From Escherichia coli O127:H6 str. E2348/69 (lineage in GTDB: Bacteria > Pseudomonadota > Gammaproteobacteria > Enterobacterales > Enterobacteriaceae), in assembly GCF_000026545.1 (NCBI RefSeq), contig NC_011601.1: DNA of 64,000 bases; one strand, given 5' to 3'. The notes beneath the pieces were generated by a model. It was not told the DNA's origin and did not search any database. It worked only from the letters and a program-made list of their open reading frames with translations. Each line of letters begins with the position of its first letter. Positions within the stretch are counted from its first letter, which is position 1. Made by a program: the position numbers and the translations under genes. Below, piece by piece: positions 15,581 through 26,994 of the stretch.

Positions 15581-16096
15581 ATGAAAAAAATTGCATGTCT
15601 TTCAGCACTGGCCGCAGTTCTGGCTTTCACCGCAGGTACTTCCGTAGCTGCGACTTCTACTGTAACTGGCGGTTACGCACAGAGCGACGCTCAGGGCCAA
15701 ATGAACAAAATGGGCGGTTTCAACCTGAAATACCGCTATGAAGAAGACAACAGCCCGCTGGGTGTGATTGGTTCTTTCACTTACACCGAGAAAAGCCGTA
15801 CTGCAAGCTCTGGTGACTACAACAAAAACCAGTACTACGGCATCACTGCTGGTCCGGCTTACCGCATTAACGACTGGGCAAGCATCTACGGTGTAGTGGG
15901 GGTGGGTTATGGTAAATTCCAGACCACTGAATACCCGACCTACAAACACGACACCAGCGACTACGGTTTCTCCTACGGTGCTGGTCTGCAGTTCAACCCG
16001 ATGGAAAACGTTGCTCTGGACTTCTCTTACGAGCAGAGCCGTATTCGTAGCGTTGACGTAGGCACCTGGATTGCCGGTGTTGGTTACCGCTTCTAA
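15581..16096 (+). CDS. ompX: outer membrane protein X
   Basis: MKKIACLSALAAVLAFTAGTSVA signal peptide; 171 aa; C-terminal ...GVGYRF beta-barrel signature. Confidence 0.95.
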   Translation: MKKIACLSALAAVLAFTAGTSVAATSTVTGGYAQSDAQGQMNKMGGFNLKYRYEEDNSPLGVIGSFTYTEKSRTASSGDYNKNQYYGITAGPAYRINDWASIYGVVGVGYGKFQTTEYPTYKHDTSDYGFSYGAGLQFNPMENVALDFSYEQSRIRSVDVGTWIAGVGYRF

Positions 16097-16111
16097 TCAC
16101 TTCGGTGATAT

Positions 16112-16818
16112 AAAAAATCCGCCTCTCGGGGCGGATTTTTTTGTGCACAGAAAACCCCCAGCTAGGCTGGGGGTTCCGGAAAGCTTTCAGCTTTGAGCCA
16201 GTTATTAAAACCCCTTTTGATTTGTTAAAACACCTTGCGGTCTGGCAACTGCAAGTGTCAAACAAGAAATCAAAAGGGGGTCCCAATGGGGAACGAAAAG
16301 AGCTTAGCGCACACCCGATGGAACTGTAAATATCACATAGTATTTGCGCCAAAATACCGAAGACAGGTGTTCTACAGAGAGAAGCGTAGAGCAATAGGCT
16401 GTATTTTGAGAAAGCTGTGTGAGTGGAAAAGTGTACGGATTCTGGAAGCTGAATGCTGTGCAGATCATATCCATATGCTTGTGGAGATCCCGCCCAAAAT
16501 GAGCGTATCCGGCTTTATGGGATATCTGAAAGGGAAAAGCAGTCTGATGCTTTACGAGCAGTTTGGTGATTTGAAATTCAAGTACAGGAACAGGGAGTTC
16601 TGGTGCAGAGGGTATTACGTCGATACGGTGGGTAAGAACACGGCGAAGATACAGGATTACATAAAGCACCAGCTTGAAGAGGATAAAATGGGAGAGCAGT
16701 TATCGATTCCCTATCCGGGCAGCCCGTTTACGGGCCGTAAGTAACGAAGTTGGATGCAAATGTCAGATCGTGTGCGCCTGTTAGGGCGCGGCTGGTAAGA
16801 GAGCCTTATAGGCGCATT
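16112..16818 (+). mobile_element. IS200 insertion sequence (IS200/IS605 family); boundaries approximate
   Basis: Y1 transposase gene flanked by the two characteristic structures: an A-tract/GC-hairpin/T-tract at 16112-16146 plus palindrome acccccagc-tag-gctgggggt, and a stem (ccccttttgattt / aaatcaaaagggg) that overlaps the tnpA RBS. A ~707 bp element with tnpA at ~175-633 fits these coordinates. Confidence 0.8.
16286..16744 (+). CDS. tnpA: IS200 transposase TnpA (HuH Y1 transposase)
   Basis: 152 aa from MGNEKSLAHTRWNCKYHIVFAPKYRR...; HxH motif (DHIHML) and near-identity to recalled IS200 TnpA. Confidence 0.9.
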   Translation: MGNEKSLAHTRWNCKYHIVFAPKYRRQVFYREKRRAIGCILRKLCEWKSVRILEAECCADHIHMLVEIPPKMSVSGFMGYLKGKSSLMLYEQFGDLKFKYRNREFWCRGYYVDTVGKNTAKIQDYIKHQLEEDKMGEQLSIPYPGSPFTGRK

Positions 16819-16856
16819 TGAAAAACCTCCGGCTATGCCGGAGGATATTTATTGTT

Positions 16857-18440
16857 TTAAGGTTTCGGGTCGAAAATATCGGTTCCGAGATGGTTGTAAT
16901 CCACCTTCTGTAACTGGAAGTTGGTGATGTATATCGGCCCGGCTTTCTTCTCAGATATAAACGGGTATTTGATATTTATTTCCTTCGCTTTAATTCCCGT
17001 CCACTGCGAGAAAAAGCCTAAGAAGTCATTGGCCGAGCGGCGGGCTTTAATCACCCGATGCGCTTTATCGTCGCTGGAAATGACCATAAAAGGCACCTGG
17101 AAATTTTGCTGATACTTATCATCATGGGCAAGGTATTGCACGTCTTTGCCGCGCTCTTTAAAGGCCAGACCGTGGTCGGAAAAGTAAACCAGCGAGAAGC
17201 TGCTGCCGCTGTTGCGTAACTGATCGTACAGCTTGCGCAGTAAATTGTCTGTTTGCGTCATGGTATAGAGATAGCACGACGTTTCTTTCGATTGCACAAA
17301 GGTTTCGTATTTGCCTTGTGTCCGGTCGCAGGCCTGCGGATGCGAGCCCATCAGATGTAGAACAATCAGCTGCGGTTGCGAGTGCTCTTGCGCCAGCACT
17401 TGAGCGGTCATATCCAGTAACGCTTCGTCTTTCGTGTTTTTATCTGCTTCAAAATTACCTTCTTTCAGGAAGTACACTTCATCTGCTCGTTTGGCGATGC
17501 TGGCGATGGCGGTATCGTATTCGCCGATTTGACCCTGGTTGGAAAACCACCAGGTCTGGAAGCCCGCGCGATTTGCCAGGGTGACAAAGTTATCCTGAAA
17601 CTGTGGTTTGCCATCGACAACGCGATTGAGCGTTAAGCCAAGCGATTTCTGCGTGGAGCCACTGGCGGCAATGTAGTCAGCAAATATCAAACCGTTAACG
17701 CTGCTGGCAAACGGGGTATTGTCCCAGTGACCGCCAAAGGCACCGAGGGCATCGCGACGCGCGCTTTCTCCGATCACCACCACATAGGTCTGATACTTCG
17801 GCTTAACGGCAGTGACCGTCCAGGTATCTTTCATTCCGGAAAGTTTTGCCATCCGTTCTTGCTCTTCAATCACCTCGTTATTATTGACGATGACATCCTT
17901 AGCAAAACGAAATACCGGATAGCCAGTATCTTTCAGTTTAAATACGCCGCCCCAGGCCAGGTTTTGCACGGGAGCAACAAAAAATGTCGCCGCACTGAAT
18001 ACCAGGCACAGGCTGTCGAAGGTATTCCAGCGCGCTTTTTCACTCTCTTTTTTTCGCCTGATTGCTATTACGCCGAGCGCAAAAATAAATATGCCGACCA
18101 GGTAGCTGTACCACGGAAAAATCGTCAGGATTTCGGTCGACTCTTCCATATTGGTGGAGTGCAATGCCAGCAATGTATTGAAGTTAGGCGCGCCGTAGGC
18201 CTGAGCAAAAGGGAAATAACAAGCCGCCACCAGCGAACTGATACCGACCAGAACTTTTTGTACGCGAGGCAATGTTCGCCATAGCAAAAGCAAAATAGCC
18301 GTAAACGCAGCGGTGTAGAGCAAACTGAAGGGGTAACCTAAGCCGAGGTTAATTAATAGCGACTGTAAAAAGTAGAACGCAGTCCACGGGCTAAATACCC
18401 GGCTACGGGTAACAAGCGATTCTTTGAGGGTTAAATTCAT
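16857..18440 (-). CDS. opgE: phosphoethanolamine transferase for osmoregulated periplasmic glucans
   Basis: 527 aa; N-terminal TM helices plus sulfatase-like domain. Confidence 0.9.
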   Translation of the reverse strand: MNLTLKESLVTRSRVFSPWTAFYFLQSLLINLGLGYPFSLLYTAAFTAILLLLWRTLPRVQKVLVGISSLVAACYFPFAQAYGAPNFNTLLALHSTNMEESTEILTIFPWYSYLVGIFIFALGVIAIRRKKESEKARWNTFDSLCLVFSAATFFVAPVQNLAWGGVFKLKDTGYPVFRFAKDVIVNNNEVIEEQERMAKLSGMKDTWTVTAVKPKYQTYVVVIGESARRDALGAFGGHWDNTPFASSVNGLIFADYIAASGSTQKSLGLTLNRVVDGKPQFQDNFVTLANRAGFQTWWFSNQGQIGEYDTAIASIAKRADEVYFLKEGNFEADKNTKDEALLDMTAQVLAQEHSQPQLIVLHLMGSHPQACDRTQGKYETFVQSKETSCYLYTMTQTDNLLRKLYDQLRNSGSSFSLVYFSDHGLAFKERGKDVQYLAHDDKYQQNFQVPFMVISSDDKAHRVIKARRSANDFLGFFSQWTGIKAKEINIKYPFISEKKAGPIYITNFQLQKVDYNHLGTDIFDPKP

Positions 18441-18711
18441 ATGCCACTATCGTAACAAACGCCATGTGCTTACCCTGGCGTCAAGGGTCAATACCTGCAA
18501 GAGTGCGTGAAGAGGGGAAAGGGGTCCGCATCCGCGAGCCGCAATATACGCAGGGCTGCAAGAAGATAGAGCGAGCTGCTGTTCAGGTCAACTACCGACG
18601 AACAAATCTTTTGCGAAGGGGATTGCAAATCCGACAAAAAGTGGGGTTTTTCAGACCAAAACGCGTTGTGCCTGCATAAAAGCAGGAGTGAAGCGGCGTA
18701 CCGCGACGCCG

Positions 18712-18840
18712 CTATTTATCGGAAGGTTTATCCTGCTGCGGTTTGTTGTTGACCATATCGCACAACATAGAGAGCAGCATTAACCGTACTTTAAAGGGAG
18801 AATGACTAAACACGCGCATACACCTCTTGAACTCATTCAT
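18712..18840 (-). CDS. mntS: small protein MntS (manganese homeostasis)
   Basis: Hand-translated; 42 aa MNEFKRCMRVFSHSPFKVRLMLLSMLCDMVNNKPQQDKPSDK with AGGAGG RBS. Below the ORF-track size cutoff. Confidence 0.85.
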   Translation of the reverse strand: MNEFKRCMRVFSHSPFKVRLMLLSMLCDMVNNKPQQDKPSDK

Positions 18841-18898
18841 AAGACCTCCTGACTTGCTAATCCCATCGATCCTTGAGGGATGATTGCATTACATACAG

Positions 18899-18932
18899 AT
18901 ATAGCACAGGCTATATTATATAGCTATTGCTA
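18899..18932 (-). promoter_or_regulatory. candidate MntR operator in the mntS promoter
   Basis: Perfect inverted repeat ATATAGC-ACAG-GCTATAT followed by TAGC-TATT-GCTA, 60-90 bp upstream of mntS. Confidence 0.5.
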
Positions 18933-19025
18933 AAACGTTAATTTTTTGTACCTTCGCAACTCTGGTTTACAATGTGCGCACGAAATGAGAACGCTATGTA
19001 TGCGTCACCATAATGAGGAAGCACA

Positions 19026-19493
19026 ATGAGTCGTCGCGCAGGTACGCCAACAGCAAAAAAAGTGACGCAGTTAGTGAACGTGGAAGAGCACGTTGAAGGG
19101 TTCCGCCAGGTCAGAGAGGCGCATCGGCGCGAGCTTATTGATGATTACGTTGAGCTGATTTCTGACTTGATCAGGGAAGTGGGGGAAGCTCGTCAGGTAG
19201 ACATGGCTGCTCGTCTGGGGGTTTCGCAACCGACGGTGGCTAAAATGCTTAAGCGACTGGCAACCATGGGGCTGATTGAAATGATCCCCTGGCGTGGCGT
19301 GTTTTTAACGGCAGAAGGAGAGAAGCTGGCGCAGGAAAGCCGCGAGCGACATCAGATAGTCGAAAATTTCTTGTTGGTGTTGGGCGTCAGTCCGGAAATC
19401 GCCCGTCGCGACGCGGAAGGTATGGAGCACCATGTTAGTGAAGAGACGCTGGATGCCTTTCGTTTGTTTACCCAGAAACACGGTGCCAAATGA
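19026..19493 (+). CDS. mntR: manganese-responsive transcriptional regulator (DtxR family)
   Basis: 155 aa; HTH plus metal-binding domain. Confidence 0.95.
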
Positions 19494-20608
19494 GCCTGCC
19501 TTTTTTACGCACGCTGCAAGGCGATCGTTTTTTTCAGTTATTAATTCTTGTTGGCATCGGATTAAGTTTTTTCGTTCCCTTTGCACCGAAATCCTGGCCT
19601 GCTGCTATCGACTGGCACACCATCATCACCTTAAGCGGCCTGATGCTGCTGACCAAAGGTGTCGAGTTAAGCGGCTATTTTGATGTGCTGGGGCGAAAAA
19701 TGGTGCGCCGCTTTGCTACGGAGCGTCGGCTGGCGATGTTTATGGTACTGGCGGCGGCGCTGCTTTCTACCTTTCTGACCAACGATGTCGCGCTGTTTAT
19801 AGTTGTTCCGCTGACTATCACGCTAAAAAGACTGTGTGAGATCCCGGTTAATCGGCTGATTATTTTTGAGGCGCTGGCAGTCAACGCTGGTTCGCTACTG
19901 ACGCCAATTGGCAACCCGCAAAATATTCTTATCTGGGGACGTTCTGGTCTTTCGTTTGCCGGATTTATTGCCCAAATGGCACCGCTGGCTGGCGCAATGA
20001 TGCTGACACTCCTGCTGTTGTGCTGGTGTTGTTTCCCTGGAAAGGCGCTGCAATACCATACGGGGGTGCAAACGCCGGAGTGGAAACCGCGGCTGGTGTG
20101 GAGTTGTCTGGGGCTGTATATCGTCTTTCTGACGGCGCTGGAGTTAAAACAAGAGCTGTGGGGACTGGTGATTGTGGCGGCGGGCTTTGCGCTGCTGGCG
20201 CGTCGCGTGGTGCTCAGTGTGGACTGGACGCTGCTGCTGGTGTTTATGGCGATGTTTATCGACGTCCATTTACTAACCCAACTGCCAGCTTTGCAGGGGG
20301 TGTTAAGTAACGTGAGTCATTTATCCGACCCCGGATTATGGTTAACGGCGATTGGTTTATCGCAGGTGATCAGTAACGTGCCGAGTACCATTTTGCTGCT
20401 CAATTATGTGCCACCGTCTTTATTACTGGCATGGGCGGTAAACGTAGGTGGCTTTGGTTTATTACCCGGATCGCTGGCAAATTTGATTGCGTTACGGATG
20501 GCGAACGATCGCCGTATCTGGTGGCGTTTTCATCTTTATTCGATACCGATGCTGTTGTGGGCGGCGCTGGTGGGATATGTTTTGTTGGTTATGATCCCGG
20601 CGGGATAA
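19490..20608 (+). CDS. ybiR: putative anion transporter (ArsB/NhaD superfamily)
   Basis: 372 aa polytopic membrane protein; overlaps mntR stop. Confidence 0.9.
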
Positions 20609-20621
20609 GGTCTGTCAAATT

Positions 20622-20650
20622 AAAAAGGCGGATTATGAGTCCGCCTTAGC
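20622..20650. terminator. bidirectional rho-independent terminator (ybiR / ldtB)
   Basis: aaaaaggcgga-ttatgag-tccgcctt hairpin with A and T tracts between convergent genes. Confidence 0.6.
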
Positions 20651-20665
20651 TTTACGTTTTGAAGA

Positions 20666-21586
20666 TTAATTCAGACGAACCGGCATCCCGGAACGATTTT
20701 TGATCGCTTCATCCAGAACAACCTGGTCAACATCTGGCTGACCGGTCACTGTCTGCACGCTCTTCGTCAGGGTAATTGGCACAATTTCCTGACCTTCAAA
20801 CTGGGCTTCAGTGGTAGACAGCGGGTTATGGACTTCAATATAACGGCTGCCGTCTGGCTCGGTGGTCGCTTTTACCGGCTCATCAATAAACTGTACGCGG
20901 GTACCGACCGGTACTTTCTCGAACAGGAATTTGATGTCTTCGTTACGCAGACGCACACAACCATGACTTACACGCAGGCCGATACCGAAGTTGGCGTTGG
21001 TGCCATGGATAGCGTACAGGCGACCGATGTAGAGTGCATACAGCCCCATCGGGTTATCCGGACCAGCCGGAACGACCGCCGGAAGCGGTTCGCCCGCAGC
21101 GCGGTACTCTGCGTGCATTTTAGCGGTCGGCGTCCAGGTCGGGCCTGCTTTTTTACGCTCAACTTTGGTGGTCCAGTTGATAGGCGTGTCTTTGCCTAAC
21201 TGACCAATGCCGATCGGCAGCACGATAACGGTGTTGGTCCCTTTCGGATAGTAATACAGACGCATCTCTGCACTGTTAATGACGATGCCTTCATGAACGG
21301 TATCCGGCAGGATCAGCTGCTGCGGAATGTTCAGTACAGTACCGCCTTTCGGCAGGAAGGTATCCACACCCGGGTTCGCTTCCATCATATTGGAAAGTCC
21401 CATCTGGTACTCGGCGGCAAAATACTCCAGCGGCTGAGTGTTACCTTCAGGAATGGTGATCACCTGATTCTGACCAACCAGGCGACTCCCGTCGGTTGGC
21501 AGAGGATAAGTTACCGCAGAGGCGGTACTGCAAAAGCCGACAACAGCGAAGGCCGCTGCGAATAATGTTTTCAATTTCATATTCAT
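20666..21586 (-). CDS. ldtB: L,D-transpeptidase anchoring Lpp to peptidoglycan
   Basis: 306 aa; signal peptide; YkuD-type catalytic motif (SHGCVRL). Confidence 0.9.
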
Positions 21587-21804
21587 GTTAAGCGAGATTT
21601 TGTGCCTGGCAGGCCATTGGGTTGAGAATATTAGAGTATTGGGAGTGCATTATAAGTTCATTCCAGCTCACAGTGAAATCAGATGTGTACGAAATCACAT
21701 TTTTTGCCTTTGGCTTGAGTGTAGACCTTAAGCGAGGAGCAGGATCTTCTTTCAGACTTATGGCATAATGCGCGGTTTGTCATATCTCTTTTCAGGATAC
21801 GCCT

Positions 21805-23397
21805 GTGTTAGTTTCCAGTAACGTCACCATGCAGTTCGGCAGTAAGCCGTTGTTTGAAAACATTTCCGTCAAATTCGGCGGCGGCAACCGTTACGGCCTG
21901 ATTGGCGCGAACGGTAGTGGTAAATCCACCTTTATGAAGATCCTCGGCGGCGACTTAGAGCCGACGTTGGGTAACGTTTCCCTCGATCCCAACGAGCGCA
22001 TTGGTAAGCTGCGTCAGGATCAGTTTGCCTTTGAAGAGTTCACTGTGCTGGATACGGTGATCATGGGGCATAAAGAGTTGTGGGAAGTGAAGCAGGAACG
22101 TGACCGCATCTATGCTTTGCCGGAAATGAGTGAAGAAGACGGCTATAAAGTGGCCGATCTGGAAGTGAAATACGGCGAAATGGACGGTTACTCTGCGGAA
22201 GCTCGCGCTGGTGAACTGTTGCTTGGCGTGGGAATTCCAGTGGAACAGCACTACGGCCCGATGAGTGAAGTTGCTCCTGGCTGGAAGCTGCGTGTGCTGC
22301 TGGCGCAGGCGCTGTTTGCTGATCCGGACATTCTCCTGCTCGACGAACCGACCAACAACCTCGACATCGACACCATTCGCTGGCTGGAACAGGTGCTGAA
22401 CGAGCGTGACAGCACCATGATCATCATCTCGCACGACCGTCACTTCCTTAACATGGTTTGTACCCACATGGCGGATCTGGATTACGGCGAGCTGCGCGTT
22501 TATCCGGGCAACTACGATGAGTACATGACGGCGGCGACTCAGGCGCGTGAACGTCTGCTGGCTGATAACGCCAAGAAGAAAGCGCAGATTGCTGAGTTGC
22601 AATCTTTCGTTAGCCGCTTTAGCGCCAACGCCTCGAAATCTCGCCAGGCAACTTCGCGCGCGCGCCAGATTGATAAAATCAAACTGGAAGAGGTGAAAGC
22701 CTCCAGCCGTCAGAACCCGTTCATCCGTTTTGAACAGGATAAGAAACTGTTCCGTAACGCGCTGGAAGTGGAAGGTCTGACTAAAGGGTTTGATAACGGT
22801 CCGCTGTTTAAAAATCTCAACCTGCTGCTGGAAGTGGGTGAAAAACTGGCTGTACTGGGTACCAACGGCGTCGGTAAATCAACGCTGCTGAAAACGCTGG
22901 TGGGCGATCTGCAACCGGACAGCGGCACCGTAAAATGGTCTGAGAACGCGCGCATTGGTTACTACGCCCAGGACCATGAATATGAGTTCGAAAATGATCT
23001 GACCGTGTTCGAATGGATGAGCCAGTGGAAGCAGGAAGGCGATGACGAGCAGGCGGTACGCAGCATTCTCGGTCGTTTACTGTTCAGCCAGGACGACATC
23101 AAAAAGCCAGCGAAAGTGCTTTCCGGTGGGGAGAAAGGGCGGATGCTGTTTGGTAAGTTAATGATGCAGAAGCCGAACATTCTGATCATGGACGAACCGA
23201 CCAACCACCTGGATATGGAATCCATCGAGTCGCTGAACATGGCGCTGGAACTGTATCAGGGCACGCTGATCTTTGTTTCTCACGACCGTGAGTTTGTAAG
23301 CTCCCTGGCGACCCGTATTCTGGAAATCACCCCGGAACGCGTGATCGACTTTAGCGGTAATTACGAAGATTACCTGCGTAGTAAAGGGATCGAGTAA
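21805..23397 (+). CDS. ybiT: ABC-F family ATPase (two ABC cassettes, no TM domain)
   Basis: 530 aa; two Walker A motifs ([18 protein letters not shown]) and two signature motifs; GTG start. Confidence 0.9.
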
Positions 23398-23440
23398 GTT
23401 ATTATCAGTAGCCCTGATATGGTCAGGGCTACTGAAACTG

Positions 23441-23560
23441 ATGACAAACGCAAGATTGCCTGGTGCGCTACGCTTATCAGGCCTGGTAGTGTATCGCAAT
23501 ATATTGAATTTTCATGATTTTGTATGCCGAATAAGGCGGTTACGCCGTATCCGGCATAAT
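23441..23560. repeat. REP palindromic elements
   Basis: gcctggtgcgctacgcttatcaggcc and gccgaataaggcggttacgccgtatccggca REP-like units after ybiT. Confidence 0.6.
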
Positions 23561-23596
23561 GACATGCACTTTCTCAATAAACTGAATTGGCGATAA

Positions 23597-24412
23597 TCAA
23601 AGATTAAACGGCGGTTTATTTTCCAGCACCGCCTGAATCACATTCAGCGCGCCTTCATGATTATTATCATCGGTAGCGTAACGGGCGATTTGTTTAATGT
23701 TTTCCGCAGCATTGCTCATCGCAAAGGAATAACGCGCCATTTTCAGCATCTCCGCATCGTTACCGCTGTCGCCAATCGCTACCACATTTTGCGGTGACAG
23801 ATCCCAGCGTTTCAGTAACCGCGAAATACCGTTTGCTTTATGTAGACCGGGAATAATCAAGTCGATAAAGCCAAAACCACTGGTGACGGGTTTCATAATG
23901 CCATCCAGCGCTATGTGCAGTTTGTCGATCACTAACGGGATTTGTTCATCCGGCAGGTTGAGCGAAAACTTGAACAGTACGTCGTCAATCTCCTGATAAT
24001 CTTTTACAGGTTTCAGGCGATGGTAGTGTTTTGCCATCAGTGCGACGAATGCTTCGGGGGCATTTTCGCTGACATATGCACTTTGCAGACCGCAGGCGAC
24101 AAAATTGAGTTGCTTATCTTTTAGCAACTCGCCAATAACAATCCGCGATTCATGTCGGGTCAGTTCGCCGTGGAACAACTGCTTGCCATGTTCGTAAACC
24201 AGTGCGCCGTTTTCCGCGACAAAAGAGATCTCATCCTTTAGCTCAGGAAAGAACGAAATAAGCTGGTAATACTGATTACCGCTGGCGACAACGAACTCAA
24301 TGCCGCGCTTTTTCAGTTCCTGATATTGCGCCATAAAACGTGGTTGGTTGTACGTTTTGGCGTCGTTAAGAAAAGTACCGTCCATGTCTGTGACGATAAC
24401 TTTTACGCTCAT
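23597..24412 (-). CDS. ybiV: HAD-superfamily (Cof-type) sugar phosphatase
   Basis: 271 aa; DMDGT HAD motif I near N-terminus. Confidence 0.9.
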   Translation of the reverse strand: MSVKVIVTDMDGTFLNDAKTYNQPRFMAQYQELKKRGIEFVVASGNQYYQLISFFPELKDEISFVAENGALVYEHGKQLFHGELTRHESRIVIGELLKDKQLNFVACGLQSAYVSENAPEAFVALMAKHYHRLKPVKDYQEIDDVLFKFSLNLPDEQIPLVIDKLHIALDGIMKPVTSGFGFIDLIIPGLHKANGISRLLKRWDLSPQNVVAIGDSGNDAEMLKMARYSFAMSNAAENIKQIARYATDDNNHEGALNVIQAVLENKPPFNL

Positions 24413-24556
24413 AGGTGTGCTCCTGGCTCGAAAATGAAACCGTAACAGTGTAATAACAATGTGACGCAGAGCACAAATTATATTTCGAATGAAAGTGAGA
24501 ACAGGATTGATGATGTGAATGATTTAGCCCGGCGATGTCTCCGCCGGGCTGAGGGA

Positions 24557-26989
24557 TTACAGCATGTGTTCGGTACGGGCGATGATATCGTCTTGTGCGT
24601 CTGGAGAGAGTGCGGTGAAGAAGGCTGAATAACCCGCTACGCGTACCACCAGATCGCGGTACTGATTCGGATGTTTTTTCGCTTCCAGCAGCGTTTCGCG
24701 GGAAACGATGTTGTACTGAATATGCCAGCCTTTATGCACCTCAAAGAAGGTACGTAGCAGGATCATCAGTTTCTGCTTGTCAGATTCGTTCTCCAGCGTT
24801 GCCGGATTCAGTTTCTGGTTGAGCAACACGCCGCCGAGAATCGCTGCCGTAGGCAGTTTACCCACCGAGCCAATGACCGCCGTTGGGCCGAGATGGTCAG
24901 TACCGGAGGCCGGACTAGCGCCTTCTGCCAGCGGGGTATGTGCTTTACGTCCGTCCGGCGTTGCCATAGTCTGCGCGCCAAACGGTACGTTAGCGGAGAT
25001 AGACGACGTACCCGCGTAATAGTTGCCGCCAACCGGACCACGACCGTAGCGTGGGTTATGGTACTGTTTCAGTTCGTCGATATAGGTCTGATAAGCGCGA
25101 GCCAGCAGCGTATCGACGGTATCATCGTCGTTGCCGTACTTCGGCGCACCGTTAATCAGCCGCTGACGCAGTTGCTCATGAGTCAGGCCATCGAAGTCAT
25201 CCGCCAGTGCGGCAGCCAGCTGTTGCTGACCAATCGCGCCCTGTTCAAATACCAGTTTCTTCACTGCCGCCAGGCTGTTGCCGAGGTTGGCAATGCCAAC
25301 CTGCAGGCCAGAAACCCAGTCATATTTCGCGCCGCCTTGCTTGATACTTTTCGCTCGCTCAATGCAGTCATCCACCAGCGCCGAGCAGAGAATATCGTGC
25401 ACGTTCTCTTCCAGCATGGTGTCGACGACATATTCGATTTCGATTGATTTACGGGTGTAGTAACGGATTTGCGTGTCCCACGCGTCCATCACTTCATCGA
25501 AGTTGTTGAAGTTACCCGCTGACAACGCTTTTTCTTGTGGCAGGAACACTTTGCCGCTGGTGGCATCACGACCGCCTTCCAGCGCCGCCAGCATCACGCG
25601 GGCGAAGTTGATAAAGCTCATCCCGGTGCAGCGATAGCCCCATTTGCCACCGACGGCGGTTTCGATACAGCCAATCGCCGCGTAGTCGTAAGCGTCCTGC
25701 GGTTCAATACCGAGTTTAATAAATTCCGGGATGACGATTTCGTCGTTGTTGAACGCGGGCATCCCGAAGCCGCAGCGAATCACCTGCACACAGGCGTCGA
25801 GGAAATCGTTGCTCAATCCCGCATGGTAACGCACGCTGAGGTTAGGCTGAGTCGAACGCAGGCGACCGCAGGATTCGAGGATCGCGTAAGAGAGTGGATT
25901 CACCGCGTCCATTGGTTGACCATCAACCAGATTTTGCCCGCCAATGGTGACGTTCTGATACAGCGGACTTCCCGCAGAGGCTTTTGAGTGTGAGCCGGAG
26001 CGGATTTTGTTCACTTCCAGCAATTTCAACCAGCAGCTATGCAACATCTCGATGGCGTGTTCGCGATCCAGTGTCTGGTTCAGTTCAACGTCACGGCGAT
26101 AGTACGGGTAGAGATACTGGTCCATACGACCAAACGATACCGAGTGTCCGTTGGATTCGATCTGCAAAATCAACTGGATGAAGTAGCACAGTTGCAGCGC
26201 CTGCCAGAAAGTCTGCGGCGGCTGGTGGGCGATAAGATCGCAGTTTTCTGCTATCGCCCGCAGTTCATCGCGACGGCTTTCGCGGGTTTCAGTCGCTGCC
26301 ATTTCACGCGCCAGGGCAGCGAAACGTTCAATATGTTCACTGACCGCCACCAGCACGATATCAATCGCTTTCAGGAACTGCTCGCCGTGCAGATCTTCCA
26401 GCACTGTCAGGTTAATACGCGAGCGGCGCTCCGCCACTTTCTCGCGCAGACCATCAAGCCCTTTTTCCAGCAACAGCGGGAAATTGACCGCCAGGTGCGC
26501 ATCGCCGGAGGTCATATTACCTTCCGCTTTAATGATACCGGTCGCCAGCAGGCCTTTTTGCTCATCGGTAAACATGCCATAGCAGCGATCCTGTACCGTC
26601 TGACCGCGCCACCATGGGCACACTTCATGCAGAACGCGTTTGTTCTCTTCGCTCACCGCAAAACCTGCACCCGGACGATCCGCCAGATCATCAATCTCTT
26701 TTTCGATCCAGGAGACGGTATATTCCGGGAAGATCGGCGCGGCGCGAACTTCGCTGGCCTGGTTGCCGATGATCAACTCATCGTGTTTGATCCAGATGGT
26801 GCGATTCGCCAGGTGATGGGCCAGCGCCAGCGCGCGACGTACCGGGATCGGCTTATCGAGATGTTGTTGATACATCTCGGTATAGTGCTGCGCGCGCTCG
26901 GTACAGACCGGCGGTTTCACAATATTCACCAGCGCATTTTTGTGCGCTTTAATGCGGTCGCTGAGCGTGTCCAGTTTCAGTGTGGTCAT
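24557..26989 (-). CDS. ybiW: glycyl-radical enzyme (pyruvate formate-lyase family)
   Basis: 810 aa; C-terminal glycyl-radical motif RVAGYSA. Confidence 0.9.
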   Translation of the reverse strand: MTTLKLDTLSDRIKAHKNALVNIVKPPVCTERAQHYTEMYQQHLDKPIPVRRALALAHHLANRTIWIKHDELIIGNQASEVRAAPIFPEYTVSWIEKEIDDLADRPGAGFAVSEENKRVLHEVCPWWRGQTVQDRCYGMFTDEQKGLLATGIIKAEGNMTSGDAHLAVNFPLLLEKGLDGLREKVAERRSRINLTVLEDLHGEQFLKAIDIVLVAVSEHIERFAALAREMAATETRESRRDELRAIAENCDLIAHQPPQTFWQALQLCYFIQLILQIESNGHSVSFGRMDQYLYPYYRRDVELNQTLDREHAIEMLHSCWLKLLEVNKIRSGSHSKASAGSPLYQNVTIGGQNLVDGQPMDAVNPLSYAILESCGRLRSTQPNLSVRYHAGLSNDFLDACVQVIRCGFGMPAFNNDEIVIPEFIKLGIEPQDAYDYAAIGCIETAVGGKWGYRCTGMSFINFARVMLAALEGGRDATSGKVFLPQEKALSAGNFNNFDEVMDAWDTQIRYYTRKSIEIEYVVDTMLEENVHDILCSALVDDCIERAKSIKQGGAKYDWVSGLQVGIANLGNSLAAVKKLVFEQGAIGQQQLAAALADDFDGLTHEQLRQRLINGAPKYGNDDDTVDTLLARAYQTYIDELKQYHNPRYGRGPVGGNYYAGTSSISANVPFGAQTMATPDGRKAHTPLAEGASPASGTDHLGPTAVIGSVGKLPTAAILGGVLLNQKLNPATLENESDKQKLMILLRTFFEVHKGWHIQYNIVSRETLLEAKKHPNQYRDLVVRVAGYSAFFTALSPDAQDDIIARTEHML

Positions 26990-26994
26990 GGTTG

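Noticed and set aside
16304-16669. 121-aa minus-strand ORF inside IS200
   Set aside because: Antisense to tnpA; IS200 is known to encode a single protein.
21955-22602. 215-aa minus-strand ORF inside ybiT
   Set aside because: Antisense to the ABC-F ATPase gene; no independent support.
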